From NCBI GenBank assembly GCA_041494705.1, contig JBGQBI010000005.1:120001-152000 (forward strand): a DNA stretch of 32,000 nucleotides, written 5' to 3'. A model generated the notes under the pieces. That model worked only from the letters and a program-made list of their open reading frames with translations, was not told the DNA's origin and did not search any database. A program made the translations under genes and the position numbers. The stretch is from Candidatus Methanoperedens sp. (lineage in GTDB: Archaea; Halobacteriota; Methanosarcinia; Methanosarcinales; Methanoperedenaceae). Positions 8,953 through 18,263 of the stretch are shown here, piece after piece. Within the stretch, counting starts at the first letter, position 1, and every line of letters begins with the position of its first letter.

Positions 8953-9342
8953 ATGCGTCATATCGTATTGAGCGGGATTTCGCAGCACATCTTAACGGAA
9001 CTTGAGCATGATAAGGTCAAAACTATCGAGATAAGAAGCCCGCATAACTTTCTCTCAATACTTGAAACCGATGTCGGGGATGTGATATTCCTTACGCCGA
9101 CAAGCCTTGAAGATGTGAGACCCGGAACGACCGGTGTTATCGCAAAAATCCGCGAGAAACAGATTTCAATGCAAAGGGTGGTCCAGAGGACAGAGGTATT
9201 CTATGAAGAAGCAGAGGTCCAGCTTGCCCGCCTCCAGCTTGAAATAAAAGGACATGCAAGGGTGCGTCGCGCGGAGTGCTGCGCGCTCGGGGAAGCCACG
9301 GTTGTGGACGCTGATGAAGTGCTGTTTTTTGAAGGGCGATGA
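8953..9342 (+). CDS. Hypothetical protein, co-oriented 4 nt after the PAC2 gene
   Basis: 129-aa ORF from the ATG at 8953. No motif recognised. Confidence 0.5.
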   Translation: MRHIVLSGISQHILTELEHDKVKTIEIRSPHNFLSILETDVGDVIFLTPTSLEDVRPGTTGVIAKIREKQISMQRVVQRTEVFYEEAEVQLARLQLEIKGHARVRRAECCALGEATVVDADEVLFFEGR

Positions 9343-9381
9343 GATTTTTTATAATAACAATACGAAATCAATTTTTCTAAC

Positions 9382-9735
9382 CTAATATATTTGCGTTGCA
9401 TCCCCATTTGCTATAAGTTCAGTCACTTCGTCTATGAACTCCAGCATGTACTTTTCAAGCTGCTGCTTCCGCCGTTCCAGGGTATCGCTATCAGCAGGAT
9501 ATTTCTTAATGAGCTCCGAGAATTCTTCGTATATTTCATTTGTCTTATTCATCATCGCTTCTTTTGTTTCACCCATTTCAGCCATATGGACTATATAGCG
9601 GCGCAAACGGATGCATCCCCTGTTTTTCCCGAAACTTTTATCAAAGAACAGCGGAATCCTCCACAACCCATGCTCGACTGCGCCGCTCTTTACTGACGGA
9701 AAAAGCCTGATAATCTCAGGGTCGATTGATGGCAT
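9382..9735 (-). CDS. Hypothetical protein
   Basis: 117-aa ORF with a helical, acidic C-terminal half. No family recognised. An internal start at MAEMGE is possible. Confidence 0.4.
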   Translation of the reverse strand: MPSIDPEIIRLFPSVKSGAVEHGLWRIPLFFDKSFGKNRGCIRLRRYIVHMAEMGETKEAMMNKTNEIYEEFSELIKKYPADSDTLERRKQQLEKYMLEFIDEVTELIANGDATQIY

Positions 9736-9755
9736 TATAATAATTCAAGCCCGCA

Positions 9756-9992
9756 TTAAAACTCTTCTGCGACATCGAGGTCATGTTCAAAGCGCCATGG
9801 GATACATTTGGGTCTGTTCCTGTCCCTTTCCCGGATTTTGTCCTGGAGTGCCTTGTAAGCCACATGATACTCTTTATCCCGCGCAGGGTCGCGTTTTGCT
9901 TCTTCTTTCAGTTCAGATGTTATATCTTCCAGTTGCCTTATGGACATGTACTTGTAGCGGTCGGCGCTTGAGTTAATGACAATTCCTCCCAT
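9756..9992 (-). CDS. Hypothetical small charged protein
   Basis: 78-aa ORF (63 aa if it starts at MSIRQLE). A TATA-like ttatataa lies upstream at 10043-10050. Confidence 0.4.
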   Translation of the reverse strand: MGGIVINSSADRYKYMSIRQLEDITSELKEEAKRDPARDKEYHVAYKALQDKIRERDRNRPKCIPWRFEHDLDVAEEF

Positions 9993-10064
9993 ATTGCTTT
10001 TGCCCGGGGTCGGTTTTGTAATTAATACTCTTTTAATAGGGTTATATAAGGTTATGGACTTGAT

Positions 10065-10151
10065 CTACCCGCTACCTCCCACCATCGCCTTCCTCACCAG
10101 CACATGCGGCGCCCCATCGCTCACAGGCACAAGCTGCCCCGCCTTCCTGCA
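10065..10151 (-). pseudogene. Displaced 3'-terminal fragment of tldD (28 codons plus stop); direct-repeat copy A
   Basis: 81/87 nt identical to 11194-11280. Encodes ...KAGQLVPVSDGAPHVLVRKAMVGGSG*, matching the TldD C-terminus. There is no TldD-like sequence upstream of it. Confidence 0.85.
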
Positions 10152-10227
10152 TCGCTCATAGGAAATTATAAATTCTCTGAGTACCATGAGTTTTGGTGAA
10201 TAAAATAAATAGAAAGAAGAAATCGAT

Positions 10228-10479
10228 ATGGATGTTGCAGTAAAAGCAATTGAAACAACAGGAACTGTTGACGCACAGCATAGGCTTCTTTTAGACGAAC
10301 CGTTGCCTGTTGCTGGTCCAACACGGGTTCGTGTCATTATCCTGCTCCCTGAAGATGCAGACATTGACGAAAAGGAATGGCTTTATGCAGCCGCCACCAA
10401 TCCTGCTTTTGATTTCCTGAAGGAACCTGAAGAGGATATTTATACATCCGAGGACGGAAGACCATTTCATGATAGGTAA
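10228..10479 (+). CDS. Putative type II antitoxin (partner of MazF)
   Basis: 83 aa. Overlaps the toxin start by 11 nt. Acidic C-terminal tail (EWLYAAATNPAFDFLKEPEEDIY). Confidence 0.6.
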   Translation: MDVAVKAIETTGTVDAQHRLLLDEPLPVAGPTRVRVIILLPEDADIDEKEWLYAAATNPAFDFLKEPEEDIYTSEDGRPFHDR

Positions 10480-10813
10480 AGTAGTCCTTGTCCCTTTTCC
10501 TTTCGATGACCTTACGGCGCACAAGGTACGACCAGCCATATGCCTGACCAACCCCATTGGCTCCCATCATCATGTCGTTTTGGCGTTTATCACGAGTAGA
10601 ATACCGAACGACTTACTGGAAACAGATGTTGTTTTGGACTCAAAGTCGGCGGATTTTAATGTAACTGGCTTGCGTGTGTCCTCTACGCTTCGATTACATC
10701 GCCTTATGACAGTCACAACAGCCTTGATAAAGCGCGAATTGGGAGAGTTATCACCCGAAATGCGCGCTGAAGTGGTTAGCAAATTACGTAAATTGTTTGG
10801 TTTGAAGAGTTAG
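10469..10813 (+). CDS. mazF: PemK/MazF-family type II toxin endoribonuclease
   Basis: 114 aa. GKVVLVPFPFDDLTAHKVRPAICL is the hallmark N-terminal MazF/PemK motif. Confidence 0.85.
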   Translation: MIGKVVLVPFPFDDLTAHKVRPAICLTNPIGSHHHVVLAFITSRIPNDLLETDVVLDSKSADFNVTGLRVSSTLRLHRLMTVTTALIKRELGELSPEMRAEVVSKLRKLFGLKS

Positions 10814-10874
10814 TTAAACTCCACCAAGCTGGAATTATGAGTAATGCGGATATGAAATATTTAGATTGCAGGAT

Positions 10875-11225
10875 ATGAATATCGTAGAAGAAATCAAACT
10901 GGAGCGCCAAAAGCTCAAGCATAAATACGGAGAACTCTACGATGAAGTACTGGAGATACTGTTTCGAAATGATCCCATCGGAATCAATTTCGGAATCAAT
11001 ACTGACGAATACGAGCCAGAAACTGGCACTATTCTTTCACGATTAAAGGAAGCACATTCGCCAGAAGATTTGCAGAAAATAATTCACCAGGAATTTATCC
11101 GATGGTTCGGCGCTGATATTGCAGGTTCAAAAGCAGAATACACTACGATTGCCCAAGAGATATGGGATGCATATAAGAAACCGCCATCTAACCTCACCCG
11201 CTCCCTCCCACCATCGCCTTCCTGA
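10875..11225 (+). CDS. Hypothetical protein; its 3' end reads into the tldD repeat in antisense
   Basis: ATG at 10875 (the track's 10866 start is TTG). The last ~10 codons lie inside repeat copy B, convergently overlapping tldD by 32 nt. Confidence 0.4.
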   Translation: MNIVEEIKLERQKLKHKYGELYDEVLEILFRNDPIGINFGINTDEYEPETGTILSRLKEAHSPEDLQKIIHQEFIRWFGADIAGSKAEYTTIAQEIWDAYKKPPSNLTRSLPPSPS

Positions 11226-11280
11226 CCAGCACATGCGGCGCCCCATCGCTCACAGGCACAAGCTGCCCAGCCTTCCCGCA
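11194..11280 (-). repeat. Direct-repeat copy B (functional 3' end of tldD)
   Basis: 87 bp matching 10065-10151 with 6 mismatches. Confidence 0.85.
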
Positions 11281-12522
11281 CCTGCCAGAATTCATCTCGC
11301 GATCATTCCCCACAGCAGCAACGCTATTTAAAATCTCAAGAGTATGCCCGGACAGCGAGACATCCCGGAGCGGCGTCGTGAGTTCCCCGTTCTCTACCAT
11401 GAACCCGCGCTCGGCATTGAACTGGAACACTCCCTCGCCAGGATTCACCTGGCCACCGCGCGAGCCTTTCAAATAGATGCCGTCCTTTAATTCAGCAAGC
11501 ATCTCCTCGAATTTCATCCCATCAGGAGCTATGAACGTATTGCTCATCCTGATAACCGGGCGGGCATATCCCTGGGCGCGGGAATTCCTGCTCGACCCCC
11601 CCAACTGCCCTGCGCTCTCCCTTGAATGGATGAATGATTTCAGCACGCCGTTTTCTATCAGCGTTGTTCTCTTTGATTCCGCGCCTTCGTCATCGAACGG
11701 ATAATAGCCGTATTCGTGCAGGGACGGGTCGTCATACACCGTAATAAGAGGAGAAGCTATTTGTTCGCCTATCTTTCCCGCAAGGATGGAATTCCCCTCA
11801 AGAACATGGTCAGCCTCAACAGCATGCCCCACTGCTTCATGAATGAATACGCCTGCCAGCTCCTGGTCAAGTATCACCGGGTATGTTCCAGCTTTTGGCG
11901 TTTTTGCAGACAATAATTCAACCGCGGTATCTGCGGCTTTCCGCGCCAGCTCAAAGGCATTATGTTTCTTGAAAAACTCAAAACCCATGACGCCGAACCT
12001 GCTTTCCCTTCCAATCTGGTAAACTCCTTCAGACTGGGCAACAGCGCTTACTGCAAAACCCACGCGGTTTAACGAATATTCGCAATCAAGACCTTCCGAA
12101 CTTGAATACCTGACCGTGATTATGGACTCTGAATATATGGCATTTGTACTTTTAATGCCTTCAATCCGGGCGCTTTTTTCAATTTCCGAAAGTAATTTTA
12201 CTTTATCCTCGATTGGGATATCCTCCGGGTTTTCTTTGACCTCCGGAAGATTCTGCAAATTCGGTTTTTCTATTGGGGCAAGCCTGACCGGGCTTCTTGG
12301 ACTTTTGGTTTTGGCAGCCCTCGCAAGCCTTTTCGCAGAACCAAGTGCAGCGTTCAGGTTTCCTGATGCGCCGTCCTGCGATACGAATCCCCAGGAGCCC
12401 GAATCCAGAACTCTTACCGCAGCGCCGCTTGAAAAATTATTCGAAATCTCGCGTATCTCGCCATTATCCAGGACGATAGCTGTGCTGGCGCTCTTTATGA
12501 CACGGGTATCATAAAAATCCAT
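11194..12522 (-). CDS. tldD: TldD-family zinc metalloprotease
   Basis: 442 aa. Has the HEAVGHAVEAD (HExxxH) motif that distinguishes TldD from PmbA/TldE. Starts 6 nt after the lonB stop. Confidence 0.85.
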   Translation of the reverse strand: MDFYDTRVIKSASTAIVLDNGEIREISNNFSSGAAVRVLDSGSWGFVSQDGASGNLNAALGSAKRLARAAKTKSPRSPVRLAPIEKPNLQNLPEVKENPEDIPIEDKVKLLSEIEKSARIEGIKSTNAIYSESIITVRYSSSEGLDCEYSLNRVGFAVSAVAQSEGVYQIGRESRFGVMGFEFFKKHNAFELARKAADTAVELLSAKTPKAGTYPVILDQELAGVFIHEAVGHAVEADHVLEGNSILAGKIGEQIASPLITVYDDPSLHEYGYYPFDDEGAESKRTTLIENGVLKSFIHSRESAGQLGGSSRNSRAQGYARPVIRMSNTFIAPDGMKFEEMLAELKDGIYLKGSRGGQVNPGEGVFQFNAERGFMVENGELTTPLRDVSLSGHTLEILNSVAAVGNDREMNSGRCGKAGQLVPVSDGAPHVLVRKAMVGGSG

Positions 12523-12528
12523 GTAATC

Positions 12529-14457
12529 TCACACTGCTGTAACAGGTTTGGGTTCAGGCAGAGGTATGCTGAATTTTGTCCTTGAAGCAATTTTCTTAAG
12601 CGTAGAGATGAGACCTTCTTTCTCTCTTCCTACAAGGCTGTATTCAAGCACCTCTTCGATATTTGACACCGGGATAATTTTGATAATATCCTTGTATTCG
12701 TCCTCAATGAGAACATCTCCAAGGTTTGATTTCGGAATTATTACGGTCTTCATCCCTGCAAGCGCTGCGGCCTCTATTTTGTATGTTACGCCGCCAACGG
12801 GCAGCACATCGCCCCGTACCGAGAGCGAACCGGTCATGGCAACGCTCTGGTCAACAGGAATTCCCTGGATTGCTGAGAGAACCGCGGTGGCTATGGATAT
12901 GCTGGCTGAATCGCCTTCTACGCCTTCATACGTTCCCACGAACTGGATATGGACATCCATCTTCGAAATATCCTTGCCGGTTGTCTTTTTAATCAGTGCA
13001 GATACGTTCTGGACTGCTTCTTTTGCAATGTTCTTAAGCATGCCTGTGGCAATAATGTGGCCTTCTGACGTGGATTGCGTGGGTGTGACCTCGGCTATTA
13101 TCGGAAGAACAATACCTGAATCGTCGCCCATCACTGCAAGACCGTTAACCCTGCCTATCTGTGCGCCCTCTTTCACGAACAGCTTGTAATCCTTCCTGCG
13201 CTCAAGATACTGGTGCGCAAGCTGCTGCTCGACCGAGCGCGCGATGCTTTTTGCTTTCAAAACATGCTGGGCTGTCGTGAGCGGCGCATTTTCACCATGC
13301 GCTATATCGCCTGCGACCCTGACAAGACCTCCAAGGTCACGAAGTTTAAGCGTCAAATGTCCCTTTCTTCCTGCCCTGCGCCTCGCTTCGCGGATGATTT
13401 CTTCCACGGCGCCCCGGTCAAAATGCGGGATTTTTCCGTCCCTGATAACTTCCTGGGCTACGAACCTGACAAGTTTCTGCCTGTTTTCTGCGGTATCTTC
13501 GATAGTATCGCTCATATAAACTTCATATCCGTATCCTTTTATACGCGAGCGCAATGCCGGGTGCATGCCTTTTATCGCGTCAAGGTTTCCCGCGGCTACC
13601 ATTATGAAATCGCATGGAACCGGGTCGGTTTTTACCATTGCCCCGCTTGAACGTTCTGACTGGCCTGTTATCGCGAATTCCTTTTCCTGTAGTGCAGTAA
13701 GAAGATTCTGCTGCGACTCTATCCTTAACGTATTTATCTCGTCTATGAATAGCACTCCCTTATTGGCTTTATGTATCGCCCCGCACTCAACCCGGTCATG
13801 GGCTGGGGTTTCAAGTCCTCCCGACTGGAAAGGGTCATGGCGGACATCGCCAAGAAGGGCTCCGGCATGTGCCCCTGTGGCATCGATATAAGACGCAACT
13901 TCCTTGCCTGTATTTGAAACAAGAAGTTTCGGTATCAATAGTGTTTCCTTTGGCATGAACTGGCGCATCATCATGGCGATTAAAACCGCTGCTATGATTC
14001 CCAGGAGATACTCCCTGATAAAAAATGAATAACCGACAATACCAAGCACAAGGAGCATTATGAACATGTTCCGCGCCGTGGTTCTTTTCTGGGCTTCAAG
14101 TTTGTGGGCGTCGGTAATCTCCTTGCCTTTACCCGCCGGAACAATTCGAATCTTCGGGTTATTCGGGTCGTCCGGGTTGTTGTACACAAGCACATCCTGC
14201 AATTCTTCTTTCGGAAGTAATTCAGCCATCGCTTTTGCCAGCATTGATTTGCCAGTGCCCGGTGTCCCGAGCATCATCACATGCCTTCGCTGGTTCGCTG
14301 CTTTCCTGACCACTTCTACAGCATGTTCCTGGCCAATGACCTGTTCAATTAACTTCTTGGGAACCTCGATATCTTTTGTGGACGTTATCTCCAGACCGCC
14401 AAGAATATCCTGGTTCTTTAATTCGTTTTCAGTATTTTCCTTTTCAGTATTTTCCAT
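12529..14457 (-). CDS. lonB: Archaeal membrane-bound Lon protease (LonB)
   Basis: 642 aa. Walker A GTPGTGKS, two TM helices inserted in the AAA+ module, and a C-terminal Ser-Lys protease domain (GDSASISIATA). Confidence 0.92.
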   Translation of the reverse strand: MENTEKENTENELKNQDILGGLEITSTKDIEVPKKLIEQVIGQEHAVEVVRKAANQRRHVMMLGTPGTGKSMLAKAMAELLPKEELQDVLVYNNPDDPNNPKIRIVPAGKGKEITDAHKLEAQKRTTARNMFIMLLVLGIVGYSFFIREYLLGIIAAVLIAMMMRQFMPKETLLIPKLLVSNTGKEVASYIDATGAHAGALLGDVRHDPFQSGGLETPAHDRVECGAIHKANKGVLFIDEINTLRIESQQNLLTALQEKEFAITGQSERSSGAMVKTDPVPCDFIMVAAGNLDAIKGMHPALRSRIKGYGYEVYMSDTIEDTAENRQKLVRFVAQEVIRDGKIPHFDRGAVEEIIREARRRAGRKGHLTLKLRDLGGLVRVAGDIAHGENAPLTTAQHVLKAKSIARSVEQQLAHQYLERRKDYKLFVKEGAQIGRVNGLAVMGDDSGIVLPIIAEVTPTQSTSEGHIIATGMLKNIAKEAVQNVSALIKKTTGKDISKMDVHIQFVGTYEGVEGDSASISIATAVLSAIQGIPVDQSVAMTGSLSVRGDVLPVGGVTYKIEAAALAGMKTVIIPKSNLGDVLIEDEYKDIIKIIPVSNIEEVLEYSLVGREKEGLISTLKKIASRTKFSIPLPEPKPVTAV

Positions 14458-14637
14458 ATGTTACCAACTGATATCAATAAATAATATGTTATTCAGGCTT
14501 AATATTATCGCACATTCGCAGGACTGATATTAATAAAAATAGCCACTTATATCTTTTTCGCTGCTATATCCGCAAAGTCTATACGATTTAACTCATATTA
14601 AGCATTCATATAAGCATCATTAATTGGAAGGAATTTC

Positions 14638-15753
14638 ATGAATACATCAATCCAGATAGGCAAAATAATGGGAATCCCGATTAAATTGCATATTACGTTT
14701 CTCTTGATACTGCCTGTCTTTGCTTATTATTTTTCAGTGAATCCTGCGCCATTTGGCTTTAATGACGTGCAATTATCAATAAGCCGTTATGCTCTTTCGT
14801 TATTTGCAGCAGTTTCACTTTTTATTTGTGTATTGCTGCATGAGCTGGGGCATTCAGCCGTAGCCAAAAAGCACGGCTCCAATATCCAGAGCATAACCCT
14901 GTTCCTTTTCGGGGGCGTTTCAGCCATGGAAGAAATCCCGAGAGACCCCAAAGTTGAGTTTAAAATGGCTCTTGCCGGACCAGGTGTCAGCTTTTTGATA
15001 GGCATATTGCTTGGAATAACCTATATACTTACCAAACCTGCCGATATATCTAACACTGCTTATTTGTTTATGGATATAAGCAATAATCCTTACCTGCGCC
15101 TTGTCTGGCTGATAGGGTATATTAACATAATTCTCGGTATCTTCAATCTCCTCCCCGCATTCCCGATGGACGGCGGCAGGGTGCTGCGAGCATGGCTTGC
15201 AGGCAGGATGTCTTATATCAAAGCCACACGGACTGCCGCTGGTATTGGCAAGATGTTTGCAATCGTTATGGGTATTTTCGGATTATTGGCTGGAGGTCTA
15301 TGGTTCATCCTCATCGCTTTCTTTATATACATCGGGGCTTCAGAAGAAGAAAAATCTACCGAGGTCACAGTCGTACTGGAAGGCGTCAAAATCAAGGATA
15401 TAATGTCAAGAAATGTCACTTCCGTGACTTCAGGAATGCCAGTTGAAGAACTTGTAGATCTTATGTTCAGGTTCAAACATATGGGATATCCAGTTTTGGA
15501 CGATACCGAAGTGAAAGGGATTGTGACCTTTACCGATGTGCAGAAAGTCCCAAAGGAGGAAAGGAAAAAGGTCAAGGTTTCAGAGATAATGACAAAAGAG
15601 CTTATTACCCTCGGGGAAGATGATGACGCAGTGAACGCAATAAAACTCATGACCGCAAACAATATCGGACGGATAGTTATTACAAAAGAAAAACAAATTG
15701 TTGGCATCGTGTCAAGGACAGATATTTTAAGGTCTGTGCAATTACTGGAATAA
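14638..15753 (+). CDS. Site-2 protease family (M50) metalloprotease with tandem CBS domains
   Basis: 371 aa. HELGHS and NLLPAFPMDGGR motifs, followed by a C-terminal CBS pair. Confidence 0.9.
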   Translation: MNTSIQIGKIMGIPIKLHITFLLILPVFAYYFSVNPAPFGFNDVQLSISRYALSLFAAVSLFICVLLHELGHSAVAKKHGSNIQSITLFLFGGVSAMEEIPRDPKVEFKMALAGPGVSFLIGILLGITYILTKPADISNTAYLFMDISNNPYLRLVWLIGYINIILGIFNLLPAFPMDGGRVLRAWLAGRMSYIKATRTAAGIGKMFAIVMGIFGLLAGGLWFILIAFFIYIGASEEEKSTEVTVVLEGVKIKDIMSRNVTSVTSGMPVEELVDLMFRFKHMGYPVLDDTEVKGIVTFTDVQKVPKEERKKVKVSEIMTKELITLGEDDDAVNAIKLMTANNIGRIVITKEKQIVGIVSRTDILRSVQLLE

Positions 15754-15754
15754 C

Positions 15755-17023
15755 ATGGATAACGGTTCTTACGCGGCCAGTTTCAAGTTCAATTATTTGA
15801 ACCCGGCAGCATCTGCCGGCAGGGTTACTATTGTCGGGACTGCTCATGTTTCTGAAAAGAGCATTTCCGAGGTCAATCAGATAATCGAGCGGGAAAAACC
15901 CGACATTGTGGCTGTTGAGCTTGACAGGGGAAGATACCATGCATTAAAAGGGGAAGAGGAGTTCCGTGAAATTAATGTCAAAGACCTTTTAAGCGGCGGG
16001 AAGTTCAATTACTTTTTGCTGCAATGGCTGCTTGCTTTTGTCCAGAAAAAAATAGGCGCTGATATGGGTGTCAAGCCCGGAGCTGAAATGCTTGCAGCCA
16101 TTGAAACCGCTGAAAAATCAGGCGCGCGCGTGGCACTTATTGACCGGGATATCCAGATTACGCTCGGGCGCTTCTGGAGTAAAATGTCCTTTTTTGAGAA
16201 ATTGAAGCTTTTCGGTTCCCTTATCGGCGCAACGTTCGGTATTGGAACAAAAGAAATCGACATCGATACGGTTACTGACGAGGATGTTGTGACCCAGCTC
16301 GTCGCTGAATTAAGGAAAGTGGCGCCGAGTGCTGCATCGATTCTCATAGACGAAAGGGATGCTTTCATGGCAAAAAACCTTCTTGATTTATCAAAAGAAG
16401 GCAATGTCGTTGCCGTGGTGGGCGCAGGTCACAGGGAAGGAATCAAGAAATATCTTGACGCTCCCGAGTCACTGCCGCCAGTCCAGGAACTGACCACGCT
16501 ACCGAAAAAAGGTTTTAGCTGGTTTAAGGCTGCGACAATCGTTATCATAGCAATGATAGTGGGAATGCTTGCCCTTCTTGTATATTCAGGTGGCGTTTCT
16601 TTTTCAACCCTTTTGACTGCGATGTTATACCTTTTCATTACGCAGGGAATACTTTCTGCTGTCGGGGTCATTATTGCAAGAGGGCATCCCCTGTCTGCGC
16701 TGACAGCATTCGGTCTTGCCTGGTTCGGATTCCTGCATCCTTTTTTAGCAATAGGATGGCTTGCAGGTCTTGTGGAATTTCATTTTCGCCCCCCGACGAC
16801 AGAGGATTTCAGGACGATATCGAAAGCTGAAACCATGAAAGAATTAATGCAGAACAGGGTGTTTCGCATAATACTTGTTGCAGGTCTTGCCAATCTTGGA
16901 AGCATGGTTGGGACTTTCGTGGCGATTCCAATCATGGTTCATTATCTTGGTATTACAAACCCTCTTGATATTCTTAAGACCGCGCTGGAAACGGGATTTA
17001 ATGCATTAAAAGCACTGATCTAA
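15755..17023 (+). CDS. TraB/PrgY-family protein with C-terminal TM region
   Basis: 422 aa. GTAHVS, VAVELD and GAGH motifs. Starts 1 nt after the stop codon of the M50 protease gene. Confidence 0.85.
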   Translation: MDNGSYAASFKFNYLNPAASAGRVTIVGTAHVSEKSISEVNQIIEREKPDIVAVELDRGRYHALKGEEEFREINVKDLLSGGKFNYFLLQWLLAFVQKKIGADMGVKPGAEMLAAIETAEKSGARVALIDRDIQITLGRFWSKMSFFEKLKLFGSLIGATFGIGTKEIDIDTVTDEDVVTQLVAELRKVAPSAASILIDERDAFMAKNLLDLSKEGNVVAVVGAGHREGIKKYLDAPESLPPVQELTTLPKKGFSWFKAATIVIIAMIVGMLALLVYSGGVSFSTLLTAMLYLFITQGILSAVGVIIARGHPLSALTAFGLAWFGFLHPFLAIGWLAGLVEFHFRPPTTEDFRTISKAETMKELMQNRVFRIILVAGLANLGSMVGTFVAIPIMVHYLGITNPLDILKTALETGFNALKALI

Positions 17024-17106
17024 AACCCTCTGCTATATTTTAGTTAATTTAATAACCTAACAGATTCAAAATGGCAGAAATTCTAAGAAACAAATAGAGG
17101 ACACTT

Positions 17107-18234
17107 ATGACACAATATAAAATTCCCGTAATCCCAGGCGACGGAATCGGTCCTGAAATAATCAGGGAAGGACGAAAGGTTCTTGATGCCACAGGTGAAA
17201 GATTCGGTTTCGATATCGAATGGCTTGAATATCCCCACGGCGCCGACCATTATCTCAAAACAGGCGAACTCATCTCTGAAGATACGCTAAAAGAGCTTTC
17301 GCAATACAAGGCGATTTATTTCGGGGCTATTGGCGATGAGAGGATTAAACCCGGCATACTTGAAAAGGGTATTCTCCTCACGATTCGTTTTTATCTTGAT
17401 GAATATGTGAACCTGCGCCCTGTGAAATTACTTGAAGGCGTATGGACGCCCCTCAAGGATAAAACACCGAAAGACATTGATTTCACTGTTGTGCGCGAAA
17501 ATACTGAAGACTTCTATATCGGGATTGGCGGGCGCGCCAAAAAGGGAAAGAGCAAGAAAACGCTTGAGGTGGCACGAAATCTGTACAATATAAAATTCGG
17601 GCTTGATATTGATTCCGATAGCGAGGAAATCGGCTACCAGCTCGGTCTTATCAGTAAAGAGGGCACACGGAGGGTCATCCGCTATGCCTTTGAACTTGCA
17701 AAAGACAGTAAAAAACATCTCTCTTCCGTTGACAAAGCGAACGTGCTGTCCGATATTTACGGCTTCTGGCGCGAGGAATTCACCTCTATCGCTGCCGAAT
17801 ATCCTGAAGTCAAGACCGATTTTAATTTCGTGGATGCCATTACGATGTGGTTTGTAAAGAATCCCGAATGGTTCGATACCGTTGTAGCGCCGAATATGTT
17901 CGGCGACATCATAACCGACCTCGGCGCAATGATTCAGGGCGGTCTCGGTCTTGCCCCGGGCGGGAATATAAACCCTGAAGGGACGAGCATGTTCGAACCG
18001 ATACACGGAAGCGCGCCAAAGTACAAGGGGCAGAACAAGGTGAATCCCATTGCCACGATATGGGCAGGGTCGCTGTTGCTTTCCCAGATTGGCGAGAAAG
18101 AGGCTGCGGATGCAATTGTCAAAGCCATTGAGCAGAATATCGTCAATGGTGAAGTGAAAACCTATGACATGGGCGGCTCAAATACCACATCCGATGTAGG
18201 GAGCGATATCGCGCGATTGCTTAAGGAAATTTAA
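17107..18234 (+). CDS. Isocitrate/isopropylmalate dehydrogenase family enzyme (3-IPM / tartrate / D-malate dehydrogenase-like)
   Basis: 375 aa. [17 protein letters not shown] and VRENTEDFY motifs. Substrate specificity cannot be assigned from sequence alone. Confidence 0.85.
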   Translation: MTQYKIPVIPGDGIGPEIIREGRKVLDATGERFGFDIEWLEYPHGADHYLKTGELISEDTLKELSQYKAIYFGAIGDERIKPGILEKGILLTIRFYLDEYVNLRPVKLLEGVWTPLKDKTPKDIDFTVVRENTEDFYIGIGGRAKKGKSKKTLEVARNLYNIKFGLDIDSDSEEIGYQLGLISKEGTRRVIRYAFELAKDSKKHLSSVDKANVLSDIYGFWREEFTSIAAEYPEVKTDFNFVDAITMWFVKNPEWFDTVVAPNMFGDIITDLGAMIQGGLGLAPGGNINPEGTSMFEPIHGSAPKYKGQNKVNPIATIWAGSLLLSQIGEKEAADAIVKAIEQNIVNGEVKTYDMGGSNTTSDVGSDIARLLKEI

Positions 18235-18263
18235 AAACCGCAGATAAACGCGGATGAACGCTG

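Noticed and set aside
9382-9735. Rx4H (RRYIVH) in the 117-aa protein as a possible HEPN nuclease motif, making the two small genes a TA pair
   Set aside because: A single short motif in the wrong part of the protein. The flanking sequence does not look like the HEPN helical core, and the partner has no nucleotidyltransferase (MNT) features.
10065-10364. 99-aa minus-strand ORF ending in a TldD-like C-terminus
   Set aside because: Only the last 28 codons are TldD-like. The remainder is antisense to the antitoxin gene and has no TldD similarity. It is treated as a displaced gene fragment (repeat copy A), not a gene.
14425-14455. 15-bp tandem duplication (ttttcagtattttcc x2) at the 5' end of lonB, encoding ENTEK-ENTEN
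   Set aside because: It is real in the sequence, but it is a trivial in-frame slippage duplication in a disordered N-terminal tail with no evident functional implication.
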